Source: Blastocatellia bacterium (GTDB taxonomy: Bacteria; Acidobacteriota; Blastocatellia; UBA7656). From it: a DNA stretch of 64,000 bases. The position numbers were made by a program, and so were the translations under genes. Location of the stretch: contig DATIFP010000007.1 in NCBI GenBank assembly GCA_035455165.1, forward strand, positions 9,631 to 73,630. The letters are read 5' to 3'. How positions within the stretch are numbered: the first letter of the stretch is position 1; every line of letters begins with the position of its first letter. Shown piece after piece: positions 35,544 through 46,321 of this stretch. Under the pieces are notes generated by a model. That model was given only the letters and a program-made list of their open reading frames with translations. It searched no databases and was not told the DNA's origin.

Positions 35544-38393
35544 TCATTGGGTCTTTTCGGGAAACAGCGACACCCTTACGTATGTGTTCGTGTTGAGATA
35601 GGTCCTGGCCGCCTGCTGAATCATCGCCCCGTCTAGTTTCCTGTAATACTCGGGGAGGTTCCAAAGCGCGGCGGGATCGTCGCCATACTGGTATCTGAGC
35701 GTCAGCTGCGCGAGCAGATAGTTGTTCAGCTTGCTGCTGGTTTCGAAGTCGCGAAGCAGCGCTTCCTTCTCGTCAGTCACCTGCTTCTCGGTCGCGCCTT
35801 TCGTCTTGAGCTCCTCAATTTCTTCAAAGACTCGCTTGACCAGATCGTCGGTCCGCTGTGGGGCGCATCCGAACTGGATGGTGATGGAGTACATAGGTTT
35901 GGGAATGATCTGATAGCTGGCACCCGCGGTGATGCTGTAGGTGCCACCCAGGTCCTCTCGAATCTTCTCGAGCAGCCGGGTTTGAAGTACTTCTCCCATT
36001 GCCCGAATAGCCACGCGTTGAGTCTGATCGGGTTGAAACGGCCCGCTGAAGGCTATTGCCGTAAGGCTCTTCGGCTCGACGCCCTTCTCCACTCTTTTCT
36101 CGACGATACCCGGTGGGTTCCTTACGCCAACGTCTTTCCAGGTTTCTTTCCGATGTATCGAGGGCAACGATCCCAAATAACGTTCGACGAGCGGCTTCAT
36201 CGTCGCCAGATCAAAAGTGCCGACGAAGACAAACGTGAAGTCGCTCGCGTCGGCGAACCGATCCTTGTAGAACGCGAGCGATTTATCAAGGTTCCACTCA
36301 TCAACTGTCGCGGGGGTAGGAAACCTTCTCCTTAAATGATTCTGGAACCGAGTTGTCGTCAGGGCTTCGAAAAACGAAAACTCCGGGCTCGCCTTCTGGT
36401 TAGCCAGCAGGGTCTTTTGCTGCGTTGCCTGCACGTTGAACGCAGTCGCGTCGGCTCTGGGCTGAGTGAACCTCAGGTAAATGAGCTGGAACATCGTCTC
36501 CAGGTCCTTACGTGAGCTGCTGCCGTTCAATCCTTCTTCGAGCTCCCCGATGAATGGACTGGCCGCCGCGACCTTCCCTGTCAGAATCTTCCTGAGATCG
36601 ATGGCGTTGAACTTGCCCAGACCTCCAGCGGTTATGAGCTGTGTCGCCGAGCTGGCTGTTATGTAGTCCTGATCGCTGGCGAGCGAGGTGCCCCCGGGGC
36701 TCGTGGCCCGAAACAGGATTTCATCAGCTTTGAATGTCGTCGGCTTCAGGACGACCTTCACCCCGTTGGACAGTTCCCACTCAGTGATGCCGACGGTGTC
36801 TTTGGTTGTAGTCCTGGTGACTGTTCCGGGCGTGGGAAGCGGGTCGAGCAGCGCCGCCGTGCCGACCATGTCGACGTAAGGCTTCAGGTCCTTCGCCGGC
36901 GCGGCCTTGATCACCGCCGCCAGCTTGGCTTCGTCCGGGACCACCAGGCCGCTCTTCTCCGGAGCGGTGATGATCACCAGCCGGTTCTGGTCGGAATACC
37001 ACTCCCTGGCGAGTTTATTGATCTCGGCAAGGGTAATCTCGGGCAGGAACCGTTTGTGCAGCGCGTACTCATCGTCGGGGCTTGGGAGAGTCTCGTTCTC
37101 AAGGAAATTTCGGATGTATTCAGCGGCCCGGCTTGCAGAGACGGTGGTGTCCTTTTCGGTGGCCATGCGCTCGTAGTTCCTCAGGACATTCTGTTTTTGG
37201 CGGTCGAGCTCCGATCCAGTGAACCCGAAGCGCGCCACGCGTTCTGCCTCGCCGAGCAACGCGTCCAGCCCCCGCTCGATGCCATCCTCCTTGACCATTG
37301 CATTGAGCGATGCAGCGTCCTTTGAGCGTCCCAGAAAACTCCCGCGTCCCGCGCCCGCAAAAAGGAACGGCGCGTCGGCCTTCTGCGCCACTTCAGAAAA
37401 CCGCGCGTTGAGCATGCCGGAGAACAGGCGGTCGACGATCTTCTGTCGGTACACGCCGACTGACCCCTGCTGGCGTGCGGGCAGCAGGTTAGTGACGGCG
37501 ACGCTCGTGGTCGTCATTTCCTTGTCGGACGTGATGGCGTAGAGCGTGCCGGGATGATCCGGGACCTCGTAGTTGACTCTGGGCCTCGGCGAGGTGGAGG
37601 CCGGAATTGAGGCGAAGTGCGTGTTGATTAGTTTCTCAATCGCCGACTTGTCGAAGTCGCCAACCGCGACTACGGCCATCAGATCGGGCCGGTACCAGTC
37701 GGCATAGAACTTCTTCAAGCGTTCCGGCTTGCCGTTCTGAATTATTTCCGGCTTCCCGATGGGAATCCGCTCAGCATAACGCGAACCTTTGAACAGGATC
37801 GGAAATATCTTGTCACGCTGACGCGCGCCCGCGCCTCGCCCGAGTCGCCACTCCTCCATTACGACGCCACGCTCTTTCTCGATTTCGGTTGGGTCGAATG
37901 AGACGTTGTGCGCCCAGTCTTCGAGAATCAACATCGCGCGATCGAGCGTTTCGAGCTTATCGGTCGGCACCTGGAGCATGTAGACCGTCTCATCAAAGCT
38001 CGTGTAAGCGTTCAGGTCGGCGCCGAAACGCATGCCTAGCGACTCGATGAAATGGACGAGTTCCTGTTTAGGGAAGTGCTGAGTGCCGTTGAAAGCCATG
38101 TGCTCAACGAGGTGCGCCATACCCTGCTGGTCGTCGTCTTCAAGGATCGAGCCCGCCCTGACCACGAGACGCAGTTCCGCCCGCTTCTCAGGTTTCTTGT
38201 TCGCCCGGACGTAGTAGCGAAGTCCATTGGCAAACTTGCCGATCGTGATATCGGGGTCGACGGGCATCTGTTGCGCAAGGGCAGGAGTCTGGACCGCAAT
38301 TGTGGCGGCCTGCTGCCGCGCAACTCCCAGGCACGTCGCAGCGAGGATGGCTGCCGTCAAAAACAATAAGCGTGTGCGGGTTCGAACACTCAT
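35544..38393 (-). CDS. M16 family zinc metallopeptidase (two-unit insulinase/pitrilysin-like), secreted
   Basis: Inverted zinc motif 'HLVEHMAFNGT' (HxxEH) plus a downstream Glu. 949 aa with signal peptide. Confidence 0.9.
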   Translation of the reverse strand: MSVRTRTRLLFLTAAILAATCLGVARQQAATIAVQTPALAQQMPVDPDITIGKFANGLRYYVRANKKPEKRAELRLVVRAGSILEDDDQQGMAHLVEHMAFNGTQHFPKQELVHFIESLGMRFGADLNAYTSFDETVYMLQVPTDKLETLDRAMLILEDWAHNVSFDPTEIEKERGVVMEEWRLGRGAGARQRDKIFPILFKGSRYAERIPIGKPEIIQNGKPERLKKFYADWYRPDLMAVVAVGDFDKSAIEKLINTHFASIPASTSPRPRVNYEVPDHPGTLYAITSDKEMTTTSVAVTNLLPARQQGSVGVYRQKIVDRLFSGMLNARFSEVAQKADAPFLFAGAGRGSFLGRSKDAASLNAMVKEDGIERGLDALLGEAERVARFGFTGSELDRQKQNVLRNYERMATEKDTTVSASRAAEYIRNFLENETLPSPDDEYALHKRFLPEITLAEINKLAREWYSDQNRLVIITAPEKSGLVVPDEAKLAAVIKAAPAKDLKPYVDMVGTAALLDPLPTPGTVTRTTTKDTVGITEWELSNGVKVVLKPTTFKADEILFRATSPGGTSLASDQDYITASSATQLITAGGLGKFNAIDLRKILTGKVAAASPFIGELEEGLNGSSSRKDLETMFQLIYLRFTQPRADATAFNVQATQQKTLLANQKASPEFSFFEALTTTRFQNHLRRRFPTPATVDEWNLDKSLAFYKDRFADASDFTFVFVGTFDLATMKPLVERYLGSLPSIHRKETWKDVGVRNPPGIVEKRVEKGVEPKSLTAIAFSGPFQPDQTQRVAIRAMGEVLQTRLLEKIREDLGGTYSITAGASYQIIPKPMYSITIQFGCAPQRTDDLVKRVFEEIEELKTKGATEKQVTDEKEALLRDFETSSKLNNYLLAQLTLRYQYGDDPAALWNLPEYYRKLDGAMIQQAARTYLNTNTYVRVSLFPEKTQ

Positions 38394-38606
38394 GGCTTAC
38401 CTCCCGGAGAAGTTCGACATTGCGCCGGCTTTTGGTGATTCCTCTTAGATGCCGGTGCCGCCGAAGGTTTACTTTCCATGAACCGATTTCACGGCGCGAG
38501 CGAAGGCTTCGATTATATGTCCGGCGTCGGCGCCGGTCAAGCAATCAGCCATTGCCGTGACATCTATTACTATGTTGACTATTACGGCTGCAAGTGTCGA
38601 CCGTTC

Positions 38607-38634
38607 GCTTGCACATCCCGCTTCCTCGGTTATA
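38607..38634 (+). promoter_or_regulatory. Sigma70-like promoter candidate for EF-G paralog (TTGCAC-16-TATAAG)
   Basis: -35 at 38607-38612, -10 at 38629-38634, about 43 nt upstream of the ATG. Confidence 0.35.
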
Positions 38635-38676
38635 AGCTCATTCAACTTCAGCAACCAACGAAAGGAGACCGCTTGT

Positions 38677-40782
38677 ATGAAGGTCTATGGCACCAAGGAG
38701 ATCAGAAACATTGGCATTGTAGGTCACGGCCACGCGGGCAAAACGTCGCTGGTTTCGGCGATGCTGTTTGACGCGGGGGCCACAACCCGATTGGGTCGCG
38801 TTGATGAAGGGACGACGGTAACCGACTACGATGAGGACGAGATCGCGCGAAAACTGACCATCATAAGTGCGCTCGCATACTGCGAGTGGAACGGGACGAA
38901 GATAAACATACTCGATACCCCTGGTTTCGCCGCATTCATACTCGATGCCAAGGCCGCGTTGCGAGCGTGTGATTCAGCGCTCGTAGTAGTCGATGCGGTC
39001 AGCGGAGTTGAGGTGCAGACAGAGAAGGCCTGGAGCTACGCCGACGAGTTCGGCATTCCTCGATTGATTGTTGTCTCAAAAATGGACCGCGAGCGCGCGG
39101 ACTTCGATGCGGCGATAGCCAGCATCACCGAGGCGTTCGGACGTTCAGCGGTGCCGATTCAAATTCCTATTGGGCGCGAGAGCGGGTTCCAGGGAGTGAT
39201 AGATCTGATTCATATGCGTGCTTATATATACGAGCCGGACGGCAGCGGCAAGATGACCGAGGGGGAGGTGCCCGCCGATTTGAGACCAGCCGCTGAAACG
39301 GCCCGCGAGAAGATAATCGACGTCGTCGCCGAGAGCTCCGAAGAATTGATGGAGAAATATTTCGCCGAGGGAACTTTAAGCGATGAAGATCTGATCCCCG
39401 GCATAAAGGCGGCAATCACCGAGCGAAGAATGTTTCCGATCCTGGTAGCGTCCGGCATTCCAAACGTCGGAATTCAGCCGCTGCTGAACTCGATTGTGGA
39501 ACTTGCCCCGGCCCCCGACGAGCTTGGGGCGGCGAAGGGCCATCCGACCCCTGAGAGCGACGAGACCATCGAGCGCGAAGTGAAAGACATCGCGCCCTTC
39601 TCCGCTCTCGTATTCAAGACGGTCGCCGATCCATTCGCAGGACGGATCAGCGTGTTCAAACTGTATTCGGGAACCGTCAAATCCGACGCAAACGTCTACA
39701 ACATTTCGAAGAGCACCAACGAGCGACTTGGCCCGCTTCACGTGATGCAGGGCAAGTCACTCGAGAAAGTTCAGGAGGCTCACGCCGGCGACATCATCGC
39801 GGTAACCAAGCTGAAAGAGACCACGACCGGCGACACGTTCTGCGACAAGGGCTCGCCGATAGCTTATGACTCCGTCCACTTCCCGACGCCGGCGATAGCT
39901 TTCGCTATCACGCCGAAGTCACGCAATGATGAAGACAAACTCTCGCAGGCCATCCACAAGATGCTCGAAGAGGATTCAGCGCTCCGGTTTAACCGTGAAC
40001 CTCAAACGAAAGAGTTTCTGCTGTCAGGCTCGGGGCAAACTCACGTAGAGGTTGCGGTGAACAAATTGAAGCGCCGCTACGGCGTCGAGGTCGAGCTTCA
40101 CCCTCCAAAAGTGGCTTATCTCGAGACGTTCAGGGGCCGGGCCGAAATCGTCGGCCGTCATAAAAAACAGACCGGCGGCCGTGGGCAGTTTGCCGAAGCT
40201 ACCTGCATTTTCGAGGGGCTGCCGCGCGGCGGCGGATTCGAGTTCGTCGACAAGATCTTCGGCGGTGCGATCCCTCAGAATTGGAGACCCGCCGTAGAAA
40301 AAGGTATCAAAGACGCGGCCGCGCGCGGGGCCATCGCCGGCTATCCGCTGGTTGATTTCAAAGTCGAGCTGATCGACGGCAAGTTCCATCCGGTGGACTC
40401 CGATGACCTCTCGTTTCAACTCGCGGGCCGCAAGGCCTTTCGCATGGCGATAGAGAAGGTCAAGCCGGTGCTGCTCGAGCCGGTGATGAATGTCGAGATC
40501 ACCGCGCCTCAAGAAGTCTCCGGCGACATCCTGGGAGACATCAACTCGCGACGGGGACGAGTTCAGGGGATGGACACAAAAGGAAACCAGGGCGTCGTAA
40601 AGGCGCAAGTGCCTTTGTCGGAGATGCTGTCTTATCAATCGACCCTGAACTCAATCACTGGCGCTCGCGGCTCGTACACGATGGAGCTAGACCACTATGA
40701 TGAAGTACCGGCTTTGATCGCACAGAAGATCATCCACAAGGCCCAAGAGGAAGGCCGCATCCGACCGACGGAAGAGGAATGA
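38677..40782 (+). CDS. Elongation factor G family protein (standalone EF-G paralog)
   Basis: AAAGGAG RBS. 'IGIVGHGHAGKTSL' G1, 'DTPGF' G3, and EF-G domains II-V. Not in an rpsL-rpsG-fusA-tuf context. Confidence 0.85.
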   Translation: MKVYGTKEIRNIGIVGHGHAGKTSLVSAMLFDAGATTRLGRVDEGTTVTDYDEDEIARKLTIISALAYCEWNGTKINILDTPGFAAFILDAKAALRACDSALVVVDAVSGVEVQTEKAWSYADEFGIPRLIVVSKMDRERADFDAAIASITEAFGRSAVPIQIPIGRESGFQGVIDLIHMRAYIYEPDGSGKMTEGEVPADLRPAAETAREKIIDVVAESSEELMEKYFAEGTLSDEDLIPGIKAAITERRMFPILVASGIPNVGIQPLLNSIVELAPAPDELGAAKGHPTPESDETIEREVKDIAPFSALVFKTVADPFAGRISVFKLYSGTVKSDANVYNISKSTNERLGPLHVMQGKSLEKVQEAHAGDIIAVTKLKETTTGDTFCDKGSPIAYDSVHFPTPAIAFAITPKSRNDEDKLSQAIHKMLEEDSALRFNREPQTKEFLLSGSGQTHVEVAVNKLKRRYGVEVELHPPKVAYLETFRGRAEIVGRHKKQTGGRGQFAEATCIFEGLPRGGGFEFVDKIFGGAIPQNWRPAVEKGIKDAAARGAIAGYPLVDFKVELIDGKFHPVDSDDLSFQLAGRKAFRMAIEKVKPVLLEPVMNVEITAPQEVSGDILGDINSRRGRVQGMDTKGNQGVVKAQVPLSEMLSYQSTLNSITGARGSYTMELDHYDEVPALIAQKIIHKAQEEGRIRPTEEE

Positions 40783-40917
40783 GTGCGGGAACGCGACTCG
40801 CAGACAGGGAGAGGATACGCGGTACGACAAGGTTCTGGCGCAGCTCGTACCAACGATCGACAACCCCGGAGAATGGACCGTTCTCTGAGGTACTAAGAAA
40901 GAGGTACCCTTCACCGA

Positions 40918-41886
40918 ATGAACCCGCACTCCGCAAAAAATCGCCCCGTCGCCGCGTCGCCTTCTCGCCCGGTTTCGCCAGCAAGCGTACTTCTCATTTT
41001 CATCGACGGCATCGGAATAGGTACTCGCGGTCCTCACAATCCGCTCGATGGGTTGTATTCGGAGTTTTTTTCGATCTTCCAGGAAGAGGAGCCACGGTTG
41101 CCGCTCGACGGCGTGATGGCTGAGACCGACGCGCGTCTGGGTGTCAATGGATTGCCGCAGAGCGCAACCGGGCAGACGGCGATTCTGACGGGAATAAACG
41201 CGTCACGACTTATCGGCCGCCACCTTCACGGCTATCCTTCGCCGCGACTCAAGCAAGCGCTTGCCGAGCACTCGGTGTACAGGAAGCTCATAGCGCTGGG
41301 CCGATCGGTCACGTTTGCGAACGCGTATACGCGCAGCTACATAAATAACCCTCCCCGTTTCATTTCCGCGACAACCGTCGCCGCTCAAACAGCCGGGGTC
41401 CGCCTGCGCATGCTGGAGGACCTCCAAGCGCACTGCGCCGTAAGCCACGACTTCACGAATCGGTTTCTGATCGAGCGGGGATTCAAAGTCGATCGGTGCA
41501 CTCCCGAGGAAGCGGGCACAAGATTAGCTCGGCTGGCCGGCGCCCATGACTTTACTCTGTACGAACACTTCATCACTGATCGCATTGGACACGCGCGGGA
41601 TCACGATCTCGCTCGCGATCATCTTATGGACTTGACGAGGTTCGTTTGGGCGGTCCTTGGAGCAGCAGACCTGACGCGGCAAACGGTTGTTTTAACCAGC
41701 GATCACGGGAACATCGAGGACCTATCCACGCGAAGCCATACGCTCAACCCCGTTGCGACGCTTGCGTTCGGCGCTTTGCGCGCGCGAATTGCCTCGCGAG
41801 TGCAATCACTCACCGACATCACACCCGCGATCGTCGAAGCACTACACGGGCAAGAACAGAGCTGTGCTCGCCCAGACACGCTTTGA
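40918..41886 (+). CDS. Alkaline-phosphatase-superfamily metalloenzyme domain protein
   Basis: 'LLIFIDGIGIG' and 'TSDHGN' metal-ligand motifs of the cofactor-independent PGM/phosphopentomutase-like metalloenzyme domain. Confidence 0.55.
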   Translation: MNPHSAKNRPVAASPSRPVSPASVLLIFIDGIGIGTRGPHNPLDGLYSEFFSIFQEEEPRLPLDGVMAETDARLGVNGLPQSATGQTAILTGINASRLIGRHLHGYPSPRLKQALAEHSVYRKLIALGRSVTFANAYTRSYINNPPRFISATTVAAQTAGVRLRMLEDLQAHCAVSHDFTNRFLIERGFKVDRCTPEEAGTRLARLAGAHDFTLYEHFITDRIGHARDHDLARDHLMDLTRFVWAVLGAADLTRQTVVLTSDHGNIEDLSTRSHTLNPVATLAFGALRARIASRVQSLTDITPAIVEALHGQEQSCARPDTL

Positions 41887-42009
41887 CCCCGCAGGCCTGC
41901 TCCGGTCAAGACGATCGCGCTATGCTCTCAACTAATTCGGGGTGGGCTGGAGGTTGGACATTTTCCGCGAAGGGGACCCGGCCCCGAGCCCAGGGTTGCC
42001 GCTGAGCAT

Positions 42010-42699
42010 CTAGCCTCCCCTCGACGAGTCCATCGGTGGAGGGTCGGAGTTGGGTAAATAATAGTGCGGACCTACGTGTTTGAGCGCTTTCTTGTGATAA
42101 CTAGGTTTCAACGAGTCGTCGGTCTTCAGCCTGACTTCGACGCTCTTGTTCCTGCTGTCCACCGACTCACTTGACCAGACAATCGTCCCGTTTGCTCTTC
42201 TCAGTCTCAGTATCTCGCCATCACGCAGGTTGTAATGTACCAAGATCTCGTTAGCGATGGGTCGGGTGTGTTTGTCATCCTGTTCATCGCCGTCGTCGGT
42301 GACACGATGTTTGGTGAACCGGCGCTCCTTTACTTTCGCACTTTCAAACTTGCCGGAGTGAAAATGAAATATGCAATCGTAAGCAGTTTCAATAAAATCC
42401 GGCACTTGTCCCTTGGCGTAGAGATCCCCCTCCTTTAACAACAGGTGCCTTTGGAAAGAGGGTGAGCGATCGAGACCTTTCTTGACGGTGCCATCGGCTT
42501 GCACGTGCTCGACCTCGATCGTCTTATTGCCCTTGCCTAGCTTCTCATCAGGTGGCGGTTGCACCTTCTGGCCATTCTCGTCGTGCACTTCGATGTCTGA
42601 TGCGAACGGCGTTTCAAAGTACCCAACGCGGATGAAGGGCTTGCCCTCTTCGACATCGTGAAGAAAGGCCCCGGTCTCGAGAATAATCGTTACTCTCAT
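42010..42699 (-). CDS. Unknown-function protein, paralog A of CHAT-flanking pair (229 aa)
   Basis: AAAGGAG RBS. About 45% identical to 46322..46999, with shared 'MRVTI', 'VGYFETP', 'TAYDC..FHSG' and a C-terminal 'YYLPNSDPPPM' tail. Confidence 0.7.
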   Translation of the reverse strand: MRVTIILETGAFLHDVEEGKPFIRVGYFETPFASDIEVHDENGQKVQPPPDEKLGKGNKTIEVEHVQADGTVKKGLDRSPSFQRHLLLKEGDLYAKGQVPDFIETAYDCIFHFHSGKFESAKVKERRFTKHRVTDDGDEQDDKHTRPIANEILVHYNLRDGEILRLRRANGTIVWSSESVDSRNKSVEVRLKTDDSLKPSYHKKALKHVGPHYYLPNSDPPPMDSSRGG

Positions 42700-42853
42700 T
42701 GGTTTGTTCTCCTTTGCTTAATCACAAACATCGAACAATCGGCGGTTGCCTAACGCGCTGCTCGCAATTTCCGCATTAGCCCCGTCAGGCGGTTTTCGTC
42801 AACGCGGTCCGAAGATGTAACTGTGGCGCTCGTCAGCCTCTCTCCCGGTTTCG

Positions 42854-45800
42854 CTAGTCGGCGCCAACGAGAATGAATGGAGCCCAGTAATACGGATGTT
42901 GAGAGGGCGCATTCTCTCTCAACTTATTCTGCGCCGCCTGGAGGGCGACGCCCGCCGGCAGATGAGCCAGCCCTCGTTGTCTGTGAAATTCGATCATCAG
43001 ATCGGCTGTGGCGGCCGAGTCCACCGGCCAGAGGCTTGCGACAACTGCCGGCACCCCCGAGATCAGAAAGGGTCGAATCAAGCTTACAATCCCCTCGCCT
43101 CTGTAGTATTGCCCAAGTCCGCTCTGGCAGGCCGAAAGCACAACCAGTTTTGTGCGAGGCAGTTTTATTCGATAGAGTTCCCGGAGGAAAAGCAAACCAT
43201 CATTTGGATCATTCACCGGCTCTTCGGGTAATGACTTTGACAGCGCGCCCCTGGAAGCGCCATTCTGGGCCGGCGCCACCGCAGGCCGCGTGAGGTTTCC
43301 GGGCTGTGACGCTCCGGCCAGCACCAGGGCCGCAAGCCCCGGCGAACCTTCTTCGACCACGCAGTGCAACGCCAGATGCACCACGTCACAACCTATCATC
43401 GACTCGACTACGGCGGCCTCCCGGGCCTTGTCTCGCAATAAGACGACTGAATCTTGTGCATAAGAGCGCCCTGATTGGATCGCCTCTCGCTCGGCGTCCG
43501 GCAAGGGCTTCAGATTCGCGAAGGATTCTCGATTAAAATCAGGATTACCGACCGCGAGCATTCTCTCCAAATCCTTCCGTGGCCTTGCGCCACTCTCCTT
43601 GATACAACGCACAAGCGCGGAAGCGGATGGGGCATAAGTTAACCGATGGGCTTTGATAAGGTACTCACCAGCCGGGTCGACCAGCGCGGCAAACGGCAGG
43701 AAATGCAGCGCTTCGTCAGGTACGATGCACAGGCTCGCATTGCCGCGGATCTCTTCTTCAGCAGGCTTGATAAGGTAATCGTAAAGAATGCGTGCCTTGC
43801 CGTTGACTTCGTCCAGCGGACCCTTTTCTTGAAGCTCGGAGACATACTCGTGTACCAGACGGTCAAGCACTGCGGTATTAGCAGGTGATTTCAGGACCTT
43901 GAACCGCGACCGTGTGACGAGAAACACGTAAGTGCACTGTTCGGTAACAACATACTCCAGGAGCGCGATCTCCTCTGGGAGCTGCGACTGCACTTCGGAC
44001 AGCTTAAGCGGGTTCACGGGTTTCGGACTGTCGGCGAACCCCTGCGGGGTCGATCCGTCCCGTTCTCGCATTGCTGCCCTGCCCGATGCTTCCTCAAGCA
44101 GCGAGCGCGCGCGAGACGACTCCGATACGCGGAAGGCTTCGGACGTTAGAGCAGGTGCCTCCGCGTTGAGTGAAATCAGCTGATCGAAGGTGCTGCGGCT
44201 GGCAGCAAAAAACTCAATTCTCTCATCGCTTGTCTCCAGTTTCGCGCGGTTCTTCTCGATGAGGTCAATTGCGCGTATCAGATCGTCACGAGCCCTCCCG
44301 GTCTGTCCGGATGCCGCATAAACTCTCGCGCGGTCGCGGAGGATATTTATCGTCGCCACTACATGCCCTTCGCCCAGCTTTGTCAGAGCTTCTGCTTTCT
44401 CGTAATACGCGAGCGCGCGTGACGTCTGGCCGCTCCGGGCAGCTATCTCACCTGCATTGATCAAAACGTCCGCCTCAGCATAGTCACGGGGTTGACCGGG
44501 CTGAAGTTTATTTACGTAATCAAACGCGCGCTGGAGTTGCGCTTCCGCTTCGTCGAGGCGATTGAGCCGCGATTGCTCAACCGCTGCAAACGATGAAAAC
44601 TCCGCGGCGTAGCTGTTGTTGTTGGCCTGGAGCGAATAAGTGACTGCTTGTTCAGCATAGAGTAACGCGAGAGGGTTGTGGCTGCGCGTGCTGTAAATCT
44701 GCGCAATAAGCGAATAATTGTAAGCAAGATTGTCCGATGCGAAGGCCCATTGATCGTTCTCTAAGAAAAGCTTCGTGGCATCGCGAAGACTGGCGAGCGC
44801 GCGGTCGAAGTCGCCCAGCCGCTGATATGGCGCGCTAACGTATTGCAGAATCTTCGCCTCGAGTTCGGGTGACTTGGTGCACAATGAAATGGCTTGCTCG
44901 GAGCACTTGATCGCAAGAGAATCCTCGCCGACTCGGGAATACTGCGCGACAAGCAGGTTGAGTATCTTGGCGCGGTCGCGAGGCCATTCATTCCGCTCGA
45001 CGAGCAAAAGGGTTTCCCGGAGCTTTTCAATACTATCCCTGAATCGTTTGGCGGAGTAATAGCACTCAGCGACCTCGAAGGCGCAAGACGCCTGAAGCGG
45101 ACGATTTCCGCTATCCCGAAACCCCTTCTCCAACCTATCGAACGCCAGCTCCGCATCTTTATCTAATCTGAACTTATACATCCTCTGCGCGTAGTCTCGG
45201 GTGAGTTCCAACTCTCCCCGGCGCTCAGACTCGGGCAGTTGTCGCAAGTGCCTGGCGACGTCGGCGACGTAGGAATCGCCTCTGGTCTCGGTGAAGACAT
45301 TGGCGATTAGATCAAGCTCAAACATTGCGCGATCCGCATTAACCTGATCGCCTTCCACTGCTGCCTGCAATTGCTGAACGATCACCTCCCAGACCGCATG
45401 TTTTCTGACGGCTTCGTAGTTGTTGTCGGCCAGTTGCTTTGCGTCGTCAAGCCTGCCATCGGCGATAGCCGCATCGAGCAGTGAGACGGCATCCCTTGAC
45501 TGTTGACTCGTTGATGGGCTGATTAGCTGCTGGACTCTTTGTTTGACCTCGATCAGCCATCCTTCATCTCGCTCGATCTCGGCAAGCTGGTTTAAATCAT
45601 TCAGCGACTGGGGCCTTAACTGCAGCCGCTCATAGCACAACGCCCGGTTGAACAGTGCTTCCGGCATCCCGGCTTTGTGTTCCAGTGCGGCGTTGAACTC
45701 GTCCAACGCATCCTCGAGCTTGTTCTGCTGAAACAGGCAAACGCCGAGGTCGTTATGCGCCTCCGGATTTTCCGGCGCGCTCGCAAGAGCGCGGCGCAGA

Positions 45801-46201
45801 TACGCGAGTGCCTCGCGCGGCTCGTCTCCAACGCTCAATACCAACCTCGCGTAAGCAAGCTGAGCGTTCGGATTACCGCTGATCAGGGAGTCCGAGATCA
45901 CCTCGCGCGCCCGCGCCAGAGCGGCCGCATCGACTGGCGGCGCATCATCCCCCGAAGGCCGAAACAGACCGGCCTTGAATCCGCCCGACAGGCGAGCTTC
46001 GATCTTTCGCCGCTTGCTGAAGGCGTCGATGAGTGTGTTTTCGCCACTCTCGAGATCCGAGCCGCCGTGCCTGCAAGCGCTGAGAGTTGCCGCGAGGCTG
46101 GCTATGAGAAGCGCGGCAGCGACGGCCAGCCATCGACGCGAGGTCGGTGCCGCACAGTTGACGAAACCAATTTGTACTCCTCCCGCGGCCATCGCAAGCA
46201 A
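42854..46201 (-). CDS. TPR-repeat CHAT-domain protease, putative (Tat-like) lipoprotein
   Basis: N-terminal 'SRRWLAVAAALLIASLAATLSAC' (RR plus lipobox LSAC). Roughly 15 TPR-like repeats. C-terminal caspase-like His ('VVHLALHCV') and Cys ('LVVLSACQS'). Confidence 0.85.
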   Translation of the reverse strand: MLAMAAGGVQIGFVNCAAPTSRRWLAVAAALLIASLAATLSACRHGGSDLESGENTLIDAFSKRRKIEARLSGGFKAGLFRPSGDDAPPVDAAALARAREVISDSLISGNPNAQLAYARLVLSVGDEPREALAYLRRALASAPENPEAHNDLGVCLFQQNKLEDALDEFNAALEHKAGMPEALFNRALCYERLQLRPQSLNDLNQLAEIERDEGWLIEVKQRVQQLISPSTSQQSRDAVSLLDAAIADGRLDDAKQLADNNYEAVRKHAVWEVIVQQLQAAVEGDQVNADRAMFELDLIANVFTETRGDSYVADVARHLRQLPESERRGELELTRDYAQRMYKFRLDKDAELAFDRLEKGFRDSGNRPLQASCAFEVAECYYSAKRFRDSIEKLRETLLLVERNEWPRDRAKILNLLVAQYSRVGEDSLAIKCSEQAISLCTKSPELEAKILQYVSAPYQRLGDFDRALASLRDATKLFLENDQWAFASDNLAYNYSLIAQIYSTRSHNPLALLYAEQAVTYSLQANNNSYAAEFSSFAAVEQSRLNRLDEAEAQLQRAFDYVNKLQPGQPRDYAEADVLINAGEIAARSGQTSRALAYYEKAEALTKLGEGHVVATINILRDRARVYAASGQTGRARDDLIRAIDLIEKNRAKLETSDERIEFFAASRSTFDQLISLNAEAPALTSEAFRVSESSRARSLLEEASGRAAMRERDGSTPQGFADSPKPVNPLKLSEVQSQLPEEIALLEYVVTEQCTYVFLVTRSRFKVLKSPANTAVLDRLVHEYVSELQEKGPLDEVNGKARILYDYLIKPAEEEIRGNASLCIVPDEALHFLPFAALVDPAGEYLIKAHRLTYAPSASALVRCIKESGARPRKDLERMLAVGNPDFNRESFANLKPLPDAEREAIQSGRSYAQDSVVLLRDKAREAAVVESMIGCDVVHLALHCVVEEGSPGLAALVLAGASQPGNLTRPAVAPAQNGASRGALSKSLPEEPVNDPNDGLLFLRELYRIKLPRTKLVVLSACQSGLGQYYRGEGIVSLIRPFLISGVPAVVASLWPVDSAATADLMIEFHRQRGLAHLPAGVALQAAQNKLRENAPSQHPYYWAPFILVGAD

Positions 46202-46321
46202 TCACCATTGTCAAAGCGGACCATATATACCACAAAGCCAGCCTCACTTGAACGAACCTCGATTACAGATACCGGGATAGTTGAAACGCTCGGGTCGCGT
46301 CAGCCATCTACCGGTGAGAAT

